A stretch of 64,000 nucleotides of DNA from assembly GCA_019751125.1 (NCBI GenBank), contig JAIENU010000083.1, positions 12,621 to 76,620 on the forward strand. The letters run 5' to 3'. The notes beneath the pieces are model-generated. The model ran no database searches. It saw only the letters and a program-made list of their open reading frames with translations, and was not told where the DNA came from. The stretch is from Burkholderiales bacterium (GTDB lineage: Bacteria > Pseudomonadota > Gammaproteobacteria > Burkholderiales > SG8-41). This document shows positions 55,116 to 63,001 of this stretch, in pieces (within the stretch, counting starts at the first letter, position 1; each line of letters starts with the position of its first letter). Both the position numbers and the translations under genes were made by a program.

Positions 55116-55182
55116 GCGCACCCAATACCCGTTATGCAGCGTGGCCAAATGCCGCGCCGCCACCCAACAAAGGCGCAGCCAC

Positions 55183-58071
55183 ATGAACGAATCGGTCCTC
55201 GGCAAAGACGTCACCCTCACCGAGCAGGAAATCAGCCGCGACACCCTCATCGAGAAATATGCCAAGGGCAACGAAAGCAGCATCGGCGACGTGCGCCGCC
55301 GCGTCGCCCGCGCCCTGGCCAAGGTCGAGGCCGAAGACCAGCGCGCATTGTGGGAAAAACGCTTCCTGCAGGCCCAGGAGGAAGGTTTCATCCCCGCCGG
55401 CCGCATCAATTCCGCCGCCGGCGTCGAACTCGCCGCGACACTGATCAACTGCTTCGTGCAGCCGGTGGGTGATTCGATCTCGGAAGTGGTCGACGGCAAG
55501 CCCGGCATCTACATCGCGCTGCAGGAAGCCGCCGAAACCATGCGCCGTGGTGGCGGCGTCGGCTACGACTTCTCGGCAATCCGGCCCAAGGGTGCAGAGG
55601 TCAAGGGCACCCAGTCCAACGCCAGCGGCCCGGTTTCCTACATGCGCGTGTTCGACCGCTCCTGTGAAACCGTGGAATCAGCCGGCTCGCGCCGCGGCGC
55701 GCAGATGGGCGTGCTGCGCTGCGACCACCCCGATGTCGAGGAATTCATCCACGCCAAGGACAAGGGCGACCTGACCAACTTCAACATCTCGGTTGGTGTC
55801 ACCGATGCCTTCATGGAAGCGGTGGAAAAGGACTGGGAAGTCGAACTGGTGCATAAATCTCGCCCCAATGCGCGGCAAATGGCCAAGGGCTCCTACCAGC
55901 GCGAAGACGGCCTGTGGGTCTATACCAAGGTGCGTGCCCGCGAGCTGTGGGACCAGATCATGCGCTCGACCTATGACCACGCGGAGCCGGGCATCCTGTT
56001 CATCGACCGGATGAATACCGACAACAACCTCAATTACTGCGAAAAGATCGAGGCCACCAATCCCTGCGCCGAACAGCCGCTGCCGCCCTACGGCTGCTGC
56101 TGCCTGGGCTCGGTTGACCTGACGCGCTTCGTGCGCAACCCCTTCGCCGAGAATGCCGGCTTCGATTTCGACCGCTTCGCCAAGGTGGTCGCAGTGGCGA
56201 TCCGCATGCTCGACAACGTGCTCGACGTCACCGCCTGGCCGCTGCCGCAGCAGAAGCAGGAAGCGGCCAACAAGCGCCGCGTCGGCCTCGGCTTCACCGG
56301 TCTCGGTGATGCGCTGGTGATGCTGCGCCTGCGCTACGACACGCCGGAAGCACGGCAGATGGCGGCGAAGATTTCGGAAGCAATGCGCGATGCTTCCTAC
56401 CGCGCCTCCAGCGACCTCGCCAAAGAAAAAGGCGCCTTCCCGCTGTTCAACGCCGACCTCTATCTGTCGGGCAGCAGCTTCGCCACGCGCCTGCCAGAAG
56501 ACATCAAGCAGCTGATCCGCAAGCAGGGCCTGCGCAACAGCCACCTGCTGTCGATTGCACCCACCGGCACGATCAGCCTGTCGTTTGCAGACAATGCCTC
56601 CAACGGCATCGAACCGCCCTTCTCCTGGACCTACACCCGCAAGAAACGCATGCCCGACAACACCATGCGCGAATTCGCGGTGGAAGACCACGCCTGGCGG
56701 CGCTGGAAGGCCGAGGGCGGCAACACCGAGAAACTGCCGCCGTGGTTTGTCACCGCGCTGGAGATTTCCGCCGGCGCGCATGAGGAAATGGTTGCCGCAG
56801 TCGCGCCGTATGTGGATACCAGCATCTCCAAGACCGTCAACGTGCCCGAAGATTATCCCTACACCGACTTCCAGGACCTTTATTTCAAGGCCTGGAAATC
56901 CGGACTGAAAGGGCTGGCCACCTACCGCCCGAACAGCGTGCTGGGTTCGGTACTGTCGGTGGAACCGACGGCCAAGGAAAAAGAGAAAAAAGCGCCGCAG
57001 GATTTCCGAGCCGACGACGTCAATCGCCGCATCCAGATCCAGTCGCTGCCGGCCCCGGTGCTGGCGAGCCTGCGCTGGCCCGGCCGGCCGTCGATGACCG
57101 CCGGCAATCCGGCCTGGACCTACATGATCGACCACCCGCACGGCACCTTCGCAGTGTTTGTCGGCCACGTCGAGAACGAGCACAACCACGCCTTTGAAGT
57201 GTGGGTCAACGGCAGCGAGCAGCCGCGCGGCCTCGGCGCGGTGGCCAAGACGCTGTCGATGGACATGCGCGCCGACGATCCGGGCTGGCTCAAGCTGAAA
57301 CTCGACACGCTGGCCAAGGCCGCCGGCGACGAACCCTTCGACATGCCCTTCCCGCCGCACGGCGAGATCAAGCGCATGCCCTCAGTGGTCGCCGCCTTCG
57401 CGCAGGTGCTGCGCTGGCGTGTTGACGAACTCGGCGGCCTCACCGCCCCGGGGGATCGCCTGTTCGACCAGTCGCCGACACCCGTGCTGGATGCGATGTT
57501 TGCGCCCAAGGAACCGAAGACCGGCACCGACGGCACGATGTCGTGGACCGTCGATGTGCTGAACCCGCGCACCGGCGACGACTTCGTGCTCGGCATCAAG
57601 GAAATCACGCTGCCCGGTGACGGCAGCAATGCCGGTGTCACCCGCCCGTACTCGATGTGGCTGTCCGGCGAATATCCGCGCGCCCTCGACGGCCTGTGCA
57701 AGTTGCTGTCGCTGGACATGCGGGTAATGGACCCGGCGTGGATCGGCATGAAACTGAAAAAACTGCTCGAGTTCCCGGAACCGCTGGGCGACTTCATGGC
57801 CTTCGTGCCCGGTGAACGCCGCCAGGCGACCTTCCCGTCCACGGTCGCGTACGTCGCAAGCCTGATCCTGCACCGCTACACCATGCTCGGCATCCTCGAC
57901 GTCAACGGCGCGCCGCTGACGCAGATGGGCATCCTCGCCACGCCGGAACGCAGCATCGAACCCAAGGTGATGAAAGGTTCACGCTGTCCCGAATGCGGCA
58001 ACACCACGCTGATCCGCAAGGACGGCTGCGACTGGTGCTCGGCCTGCGGCTACACCGGGACCTGCGGCTGA
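55183..58071 (+). CDS. nrdJ: Class II (adenosylcobalamin-dependent) ribonucleotide reductase
   Basis: 962 aa from ATG 55183. Matching regions are 'RINSAAG', 'LINCFV', '[20 protein letters not shown]' and '[10 protein letters not shown]'. The C-terminal tail is Cys-rich: '[28 protein letters not shown]'. The track ORF from 54952 is over-extended. Confidence 0.93.
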   Translation: MNESVLGKDVTLTEQEISRDTLIEKYAKGNESSIGDVRRRVARALAKVEAEDQRALWEKRFLQAQEEGFIPAGRINSAAGVELAATLINCFVQPVGDSISEVVDGKPGIYIALQEAAETMRRGGGVGYDFSAIRPKGAEVKGTQSNASGPVSYMRVFDRSCETVESAGSRRGAQMGVLRCDHPDVEEFIHAKDKGDLTNFNISVGVTDAFMEAVEKDWEVELVHKSRPNARQMAKGSYQREDGLWVYTKVRARELWDQIMRSTYDHAEPGILFIDRMNTDNNLNYCEKIEATNPCAEQPLPPYGCCCLGSVDLTRFVRNPFAENAGFDFDRFAKVVAVAIRMLDNVLDVTAWPLPQQKQEAANKRRVGLGFTGLGDALVMLRLRYDTPEARQMAAKISEAMRDASYRASSDLAKEKGAFPLFNADLYLSGSSFATRLPEDIKQLIRKQGLRNSHLLSIAPTGTISLSFADNASNGIEPPFSWTYTRKKRMPDNTMREFAVEDHAWRRWKAEGGNTEKLPPWFVTALEISAGAHEEMVAAVAPYVDTSISKTVNVPEDYPYTDFQDLYFKAWKSGLKGLATYRPNSVLGSVLSVEPTAKEKEKKAPQDFRADDVNRRIQIQSLPAPVLASLRWPGRPSMTAGNPAWTYMIDHPHGTFAVFVGHVENEHNHAFEVWVNGSEQPRGLGAVAKTLSMDMRADDPGWLKLKLDTLAKAAGDEPFDMPFPPHGEIKRMPSVVAAFAQVLRWRVDELGGLTAPGDRLFDQSPTPVLDAMFAPKEPKTGTDGTMSWTVDVLNPRTGDDFVLGIKEITLPGDGSNAGVTRPYSMWLSGEYPRALDGLCKLLSLDMRVMDPAWIGMKLKKLLEFPEPLGDFMAFVPGERRQATFPSTVAYVASLILHRYTMLGILDVNGAPLTQMGILATPERSIEPKVMKGSRCPECGNTTLIRKDGCDWCSACGYTGTCG

Positions 58072-58091
58072 GGTTTCGGTTCGCCACCAAC

Positions 58092-58124
58092 AAAACGGCC
58101 GGGAATTTTCCCGGCCGTTTTTTT
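58092..58124. terminator. Intrinsic terminator shared by convergent nrdJ and the TPS-like operon
   Basis: A 13-bp stem, aaaacggccggga/tcccggccgtttt, carries a 4-nt loop. It is followed by a T7 run on the plus strand; the minus strand has only TTTT. Confidence 0.7.
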
Positions 58125-58145
58125 ATTGCCTGTTGTGCCCGCACA

Positions 58146-58715
58146 TCAGTGCTGGCTGCCAGGCTGGCGGTACTCGCTGTAAACCCAGTAACCGAGCAGC
58201 CCCCGCCGCATGCGGAATTCGACTCGCGCGCCAGCGCCGCCGTAATCCGTACCTGAAAGCCCGATACAACAGCGGCCGTCATGGATGAAAGCCGTCTCGC
58301 TGAGTCCGAAGCGGCCCGATTCACGATGCACAGCCTTGACCTGCAGCACCCGCCACTGCCAGGCCCCCGCGGGTATCCAGCGGTTCACGGCATAGGCCAG
58401 CACGATGGCGGTGAAGCCGGCAACCAGCGCGGCCTGCAGCGCATAGAACAGGGCGTTGCGCGTATCGAACAGCAGCGGGCGGCGCTCCGTCACCGACTCG
58501 TCACGCAGCACCGCAGAAAGCGCCAGGACAAATCCCGCAACGGCGCCGACCAGCAGCGGCGTGGTCATCATCTGTCCGGCGCTGAAGGTGTTGCCATGCG
58601 GCACGAATACGCAGCCCGCCAGCGACAGTACGGCCAGCAGCGCGTACGGCCGTTCGCGCAACAGGCGCTTGATCAGCGCGGCATCAATATTCTGGAATTC
58701 AATGCCCTGGTTCAT
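58146..58715 (-). CDS. Hypothetical 3-TM membrane protein (last gene of the TPS-like operon)
   Basis: 189 aa, with a GGGAGGG ribosome-binding site 3-4 nt before the ATG. Three hydrophobic segments are present: 'YALLAVLSLAGCVFV', 'LLVGAVAGFVLALSAVL' and 'ALFYALQAALVAGFTAIVLAYAV'. A soluble tail of about 70 aa follows. No family was recognised. Confidence 0.55.
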   Translation of the reverse strand: MNQGIEFQNIDAALIKRLLRERPYALLAVLSLAGCVFVPHGNTFSAGQMMTTPLLVGAVAGFVLALSAVLRDESVTERRPLLFDTRNALFYALQAALVAGFTAIVLAYAVNRWIPAGAWQWRVLQVKAVHRESGRFGLSETAFIHDGRCCIGLSGTDYGGAGARVEFRMRRGLLGYWVYSEYRQPGSQH

Positions 58716-58739
58716 GACCCTCCCATGGCCGTCCCCCCT

Positions 58740-59789
58740 TCAGTATCCAATCCGGCCGCGGCTGAAACGTACGGCCAGCGCACCCAGTATCACCAGCGTT
58801 CCAAACGTCATCCACACCGCGAAACCCAGACCCTCCACCCGGAAGGTGTACATGATCATCGCGATCATCATGAACAGACAGAACAGCACGATGCTGACCC
58901 TCACCCCTTTCTGGTAACTCCGCTCATTGCGCCTCTGGTCGTAGTGGTCCGCGACGAAAAGCAGGCAAAACATCACCGCGCTCAGCAGCGCCGCCGCCAT
59001 TACCCAGGCTTCGGCGCCAATAAAGGTGATGGCCATGCTCTGGCCCGGCGCAAACTTGTTGATGAACGGAAAATACATCTGGCCTGTCCACAGGCAGTAG
59101 CCGGAATAGGCCACGAAGAACAGCGACAGCAGGATATTGATGACCCGCGTGTGCAGCGGCACTACATTCGGCGTGTAGTGAGCCGGGTTGATCGAACCGT
59201 AGGCCTCGTATTCCTTTCTCGCTTCGGCCAGGCTCAGGCCGAAATTGCGGCCCGGCACCACCTTGTCCGGCTGATATTCGCTCTGGCCATGATAATCGCG
59301 CCAGCCGCAGAGCTTGCATTCCTCGCCGGCACCACGCTGCGTCAACCCTTCCCAGCCACAGCAGGGACAGGGCATCCTGCCCGACGCTGGCTGGTTTTCT
59401 TCAGGATTGGCCGGCATCGACATCGCCTCCAGCGCCGGCACCAGCTCGGGATGCGCCGCACTCAATGGCTCCTGATCATCTTCGAAGACCCGCAACTCCG
59501 CTGCGCTTTCACGGTAGCCCATGGCATGGGCTTTCTCCGCGTCGGTCATCCGCCGCTGCCGTGTCTCGATGCCCACCTTCGACAGCAGCCCGGCCAAGCG
59601 CTTCGCCTCGCCGGCATCAAGGCCGATGCGCAGCAACTGCCAGCCGCCCTTGAGCCACAGGTCGGCCTGCGCCGCAGGCACCTGCAATTCGCGCTGCAGC
59701 AGCGCCGACGCGGCTTCGCGGGTCAGACCGGCACGCAGCTTGCCACTGATCAGCAGCATGAAACGGTCACTCAGCCACGGTGCACTCAT
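58740..59789 (-). CDS. CPCC-type zinc-ribbon + 4TM membrane protein, paralog A (with extra N-terminal domain)
   Basis: ATG 59789 is preceded by GGAGG 5 nt upstream; the track's GTG 59795 is 2 codons longer. The zinc ribbon is 'CPCCGWEGLTQRGAGEECKLCGWRD'. Other family features are 'GRNFGLSLAEA', four hydrophobic segments and the loop 'DHYDQRRNERSY'. The protein ends in Tyr. Confidence 0.7.
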   Translation of the reverse strand: MSAPWLSDRFMLLISGKLRAGLTREAASALLQRELQVPAAQADLWLKGGWQLLRIGLDAGEAKRLAGLLSKVGIETRQRRMTDAEKAHAMGYRESAAELRVFEDDQEPLSAAHPELVPALEAMSMPANPEENQPASGRMPCPCCGWEGLTQRGAGEECKLCGWRDYHGQSEYQPDKVVPGRNFGLSLAEARKEYEAYGSINPAHYTPNVVPLHTRVINILLSLFFVAYSGYCLWTGQMYFPFINKFAPGQSMAITFIGAEAWVMAAALLSAVMFCLLFVADHYDQRRNERSYQKGVRVSIVLFCLFMMIAMIMYTFRVEGLGFAVWMTFGTLVILGALAVRFSRGRIGY

Positions 59790-59840
59790 CACCACCTCCG
59801 GATAGCAGTCATTCTGCGGATATCACATAAGTAATTGTTT

Positions 59841-60740
59841 TTAATAACTATTTTTTGATCTCTTATAGACCACCACTGCCATCACCAGCAGGATCAGCCC
59901 CACCACCAGCAACACCGCCAGCACGCGCCAGTCACTGCCTGAATCCAGATACACATACGCGCCCAGCCACAGCACCAAGCACACCCACATCAGCATCTGG
60001 CACAGCTGCGCGATTTTTTCGTAGAGCGCCTCGTTGTTGCGTTTGTCGTAATGGTCAATGACCTGCACAGAAAACTGCAGCACACCAAACACCAGCGCCC
60101 CTGAAACCAGCCAGGCCTCAACACCGTGCAGCGTAAAACTCGATATGCCGCTGGATTGAGAACGGCTGATGTTGGGCAGAAACAATGCATCGCGCCACAA
60201 GCTGTAGCCGCAGTAGACCAGCACCAGCAAAGTCACCAGCGTTTCGGTGATGCGCTTTTTCAGCGGCAGCACATTGGGTACGTAACTGAGCGGCTCCAGC
60301 GTGCCCCGTTCAGCGAATTGTTGTTGCGCCTGCGCGAGGCTGTAGCCCCGGTTGCGGCCCGGAACCACCAGATCGGGACAGGACTCGTTCTGTTCAGCAT
60401 CGTCACGCCAGCCGCAGACCCGGCACAACTCGCCGGCACCACGCTGTTTCAGGGAACGCTTGCGGCAACAGGGGCAATCAATCACAGCACCGGCGATTGC
60501 CAGCTCGGCGCGCATCTCCACGCCAGCATCACGCAGCGCCCGCACATAACGCCCCATGGCCGCATGTTCAAGCCCGCCTTTGATGGTCTGCTCACGCCCC
60601 GACAACAGTTCCAGCGCCTTTGCCTCGGATATCCGCATCAGTTTCGCCAATGCAGCCGCCACCGCCTCGCGTTTGTGACCGTGCAGGATGCGACCGGTCA
60701 GCAGCAGGTCGTATTTTTCAACGGGCCTGGTCATGGGCAA
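59841..60740 (-). CDS. CPCC-type zinc-ribbon + 4TM membrane protein, paralog B (with extra N-terminal domain)
   Basis: The zinc ribbon is 'CPCCRKRSLKQRGAGELCRVCGWRD'. Other family features are 'GRNRGYSLAQA', four TM segments and the loop 'DHYDKRNNEALY'. The protein ends in Tyr. The start is TTG 60740 or ATG 60734. Confidence 0.7.
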   Translation of the reverse strand: MPMTRPVEKYDLLLTGRILHGHKREAVAAALAKLMRISEAKALELLSGREQTIKGGLEHAAMGRYVRALRDAGVEMRAELAIAGAVIDCPCCRKRSLKQRGAGELCRVCGWRDDAEQNESCPDLVVPGRNRGYSLAQAQQQFAERGTLEPLSYVPNVLPLKKRITETLVTLLVLVYCGYSLWRDALFLPNISRSQSSGISSFTLHGVEAWLVSGALVFGVLQFSVQVIDHYDKRNNEALYEKIAQLCQMLMWVCLVLWLGAYVYLDSGSDWRVLAVLLVVGLILLVMAVVVYKRSKNSY

Positions 60741-60749
60741 TATCGGCGA

Positions 60750-61394
60750 TCAGTATTCAATTTTCTGCGACCTGACATTGGTGATGATCCCGAACAGGAT
60801 CAGCAGCGCCATGAAACCCACCGCCAGCGCCAGCCATCCGCCACCGTAACGGTAGGCGGCAGCCACCATCGCCAGCCCCATGAACAAGCCCATCAGCACA
60901 AAACTGGCTTGCACCGCCCGCTGATAGACATGCTCGTTGCGACGTCGGTCATGGTGATCAACGATGGCCAGCACGCCGTACATCGCCCCCGACAACAGCG
61001 CCGCCGCCATCAGCCACAGCTCCACGCCCTCCAACTGGACAGGCCGCCGGTTGCCGCTGCCACCCGGCAGGATCATGGTGCCGAGCCACAGGCTGAAACC
61101 GCAGTAGGCGATCACCAGTGCAGCGATCACGCCGCTGAACACCCGACGCCCCAGCGGCACATGGTTGGGGATGTAGTCACCGGGCCGGATCGAACCATAG
61201 TGCTGATGGACCTTGCTCGCCGCGTTCAGGCTCAGGCCGTGGTTGCGCCCATCAATCACCTGATCGGCGTTTTGTTCATTCTGTTCAGGGTCATCACGCC
61301 AGCGGCAGCGCCGGCATTCATCGCCGGCACCGCGCCGCGACAAAGTCTTGTTGCCGCAGCAGGGACAGGACAGAAGTTCCGGCTGTTGCGTCAT
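60750..61394 (-). CDS. CPCC-type zinc-ribbon + 4TM membrane protein, paralog C (minimal form)
   Basis: 214 aa from ATG 61394; the track ORF from 61535 overlaps the tpsB gene and is over-extended. The zinc ribbon is 'CPCCGNKTLSRRGAGDECRRCRWRD'. Other family features are 'GRNHGLSLNAA', four TM segments and the loop 'DHHDRRRNEHVY'. The protein ends in Tyr. Confidence 0.7.
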   Translation of the reverse strand: MTQQPELLSCPCCGNKTLSRRGAGDECRRCRWRDDPEQNEQNADQVIDGRNHGLSLNAASKVHQHYGSIRPGDYIPNHVPLGRRVFSGVIAALVIAYCGFSLWLGTMILPGGSGNRRPVQLEGVELWLMAAALLSGAMYGVLAIVDHHDRRRNEHVYQRAVQASFVLMGLFMGLAMVAAAYRYGGGWLALAVGFMALLILFGIITNVRSQKIEY

Positions 61395-61423
61395 GGGATA
61401 ACCCCCGGGACGGTGATGCCGAT

Positions 61424-63001
61424 CTAGTAACGGAATGCCAAGGAAGCGTGTACGCGGTTGTCGCCCTTGTTGCTGGTGCCGGCGCCGTTCAACACCTGTG
61501 CCCAGTCGAGGGTTGCGCTGAAATTGCGCCGCCACTGCCAGCGCAGGCCGGCGCCGATGCCCGTCGCACTTTCGCGCGCCTGGGTGCCCGCGGCCGCCTG
61601 ATGGTTGCGCACCTGGCCGGCGTCGGTGAACAGCACTGCGCGCAGGCCGTCGGCGAGCAGCGGCGTGGTGAATTCCAGCGTGCCGAGCAGGCCCTGGTCG
61701 CCGGTGCCTTCTCGCTCTTCAAAACCGCGCACACCAGCCGAACCGCCGAGGCCGAACTGCTCGCCGGGAATCAGCGCATCGTTTGACACCTGTCCGCGCA
61801 TCTTCGCGGTGGCAATCCAGCCGCCCAGCGCCTTCGACCCTTCAAAGCCATAACGCCAGGCCTGCCAGTCCTTGCCGGCACCGGCGCGGTTGGCGGCGTA
61901 CGCGGCATCGGTATTGCTGCTGCCACCGCCAAGGTTGTGCGCGAACTCGAGGTTGCCGCGCAGGCCGTAATCGGCACCATCGAGCCGCCCGGTGTAGCGC
62001 AGCAGCAACGGCTGGCTGCGCACATCGGTGCCGATTGCCACGTTGTTGAACAGCACGTTGCTGCCAAAAAACCGGTTTTCGATGCCGAACTCCGCAGCAT
62101 GACTGTAACTGCCGAAGGGAAGCAGGCGATGTGTCCAGCGCAGGCCGTAGAACTCGCCGCTGCCGCTGACATTGAAAAAATTGGCGACCACGCCGGAGTT
62201 GCTGTCGGACTTGGTGTAGTAGCCGGACAGTGCGCCGTTCCAGGCATAGACCGGCGCGCGATAATAAATGCCGTACTGCTGCACGTCCTGACGATGGCCG
62301 TCGGGCGAGGTGGTGTAAGTCGCCGTCACCGAATGATCACGGTCAAACAGGTTGCTGTGCGACATCCCGATCCCCAGCCGCGTATGGCCCGACTGCTTGG
62401 TGCCGGTGTTGTCGAGGCTGGCGAAGAACTGCAGCGGCGCGGCATCGTCCACCTTCACCGCCGCATCCACGGTATCCGGCGTACGGCCCTGCTGGATGGT
62501 CACCGCGACCTGCTTCGAGGGATGGTCGTTGGCCAGCGCCTGCGCACGCGCAATCTCGCGCAAATTGGGCGTGACGCCACTCGCCAGTGCCGGCAGGCTG
62601 CGGCGGATGTTGTCGGTGCTGAAGGCCTTGTTGCCGCTGACATTGACGTTGTTCAGCTTGAAGGCCAGCACGCGCAGCGTGATCGTGCCGCGTGCATCCT
62701 GCGGCGGGATGATCACCCGCAGAAAACCGTAGCCGCGATCCTTCAGCGCAGTTTCGAGCGCGCTGGCAGCGGCCTGCAGACGGTCGATGGTCATAGCCTC
62801 GCCGGTGTACGGCGCGAGCAGCGATTGCGTGTCGGCAACAGACAGCGGGTTGTCGCCGTCAACGCTGTAAGCCGTGACCGCGAAGCGTGTGTCCTGCGCC
62901 TGCGCCGGATGCACCAGCGCCGCCAGCAACATCAGTCCTGCCCCTGATAATTTACGTAACACTTTGTTTTTATTGATAATTTTGTTTACCTGATGCTGCA
63001 C
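61424..63001 (-). CDS. ShlB/FhaC/HecB-family two-partner-secretion outer-membrane transporter (TpsB; POTRA + 16-strand barrel type)
   Basis: 525 aa. The signal peptide is '..LMLLAALVHPAQAQD'. The POTRA region is 'FAVTAYSVDGDNPLSVADTQSLLAPYTGEAMTIDRLQAAASALETALKDRGYGFLRVIIPPQD..GTITLRVLAFKLNNVNVSGN'. Barrel motifs are 'LDNTGTKQSGHTRLG', 'GGSAGVRGFEE' and a terminal 'SLAFRY'. Confidence 0.85.
   Translation of the reverse strand: MQHQVNKIINKNKVLRKLSGAGLMLLAALVHPAQAQDTRFAVTAYSVDGDNPLSVADTQSLLAPYTGEAMTIDRLQAAASALETALKDRGYGFLRVIIPPQDARGTITLRVLAFKLNNVNVSGNKAFSTDNIRRSLPALASGVTPNLREIARAQALANDHPSKQVAVTIQQGRTPDTVDAAVKVDDAAPLQFFASLDNTGTKQSGHTRLGIGMSHSNLFDRDHSVTATYTTSPDGHRQDVQQYGIYYRAPVYAWNGALSGYYTKSDSNSGVVANFFNVSGSGEFYGLRWTHRLLPFGSYSHAAEFGIENRFFGSNVLFNNVAIGTDVRSQPLLLRYTGRLDGADYGLRGNLEFAHNLGGGSSNTDAAYAANRAGAGKDWQAWRYGFEGSKALGGWIATAKMRGQVSNDALIPGEQFGLGGSAGVRGFEEREGTGDQGLLGTLEFTTPLLADGLRAVLFTDAGQVRNHQAAAGTQARESATGIGAGLRWQWRRNFSATLDWAQVLNGAGTSNKGDNRVHASLAFRY

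Noticed and set aside
54877-55182. Cobalamin riboswitch or NrdR boxes upstream of the B12-dependent nrdJ.
   Set aside because: No B12-box-like element and no AT-rich 16-bp NrdR palindrome is visible by eye. B12 riboswitches normally control B12-independent RNRs, not nrdJ. Only short direct repeats are reported, as a low-interest finding.
58740-61394. Calling the three CPCC-4TM paralogs CDI-type immunity proteins outright.
   Set aside because: No toxin domain is visible in the partial upstream gene. The gene order (cargo, transporter, paralogs) differs from the known cdiBAI and bcpAIOB layouts. My recollection that CPCC-domain proteins occur in polymorphic-toxin neighbourhoods is unverified. 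This is kept as a hypothesis only.
62941-63001. Nucleotide similarity between the TpsB 5' end (minus strand 'attatcaataaaaacaaagtgttacgt') and 26199-26226 in the ABC binding-protein gene ('aatatcaataaaaacaatcgcttacgt'); considered as a shared inserted element.
   Set aside because: The exact match is only 14 nt, within low-complexity AAT/AAA/AAC/ATC codons. Matches of that length are expected by chance in a window of this size and between two AT-rich patches. There are no flanking repeats or target duplications.
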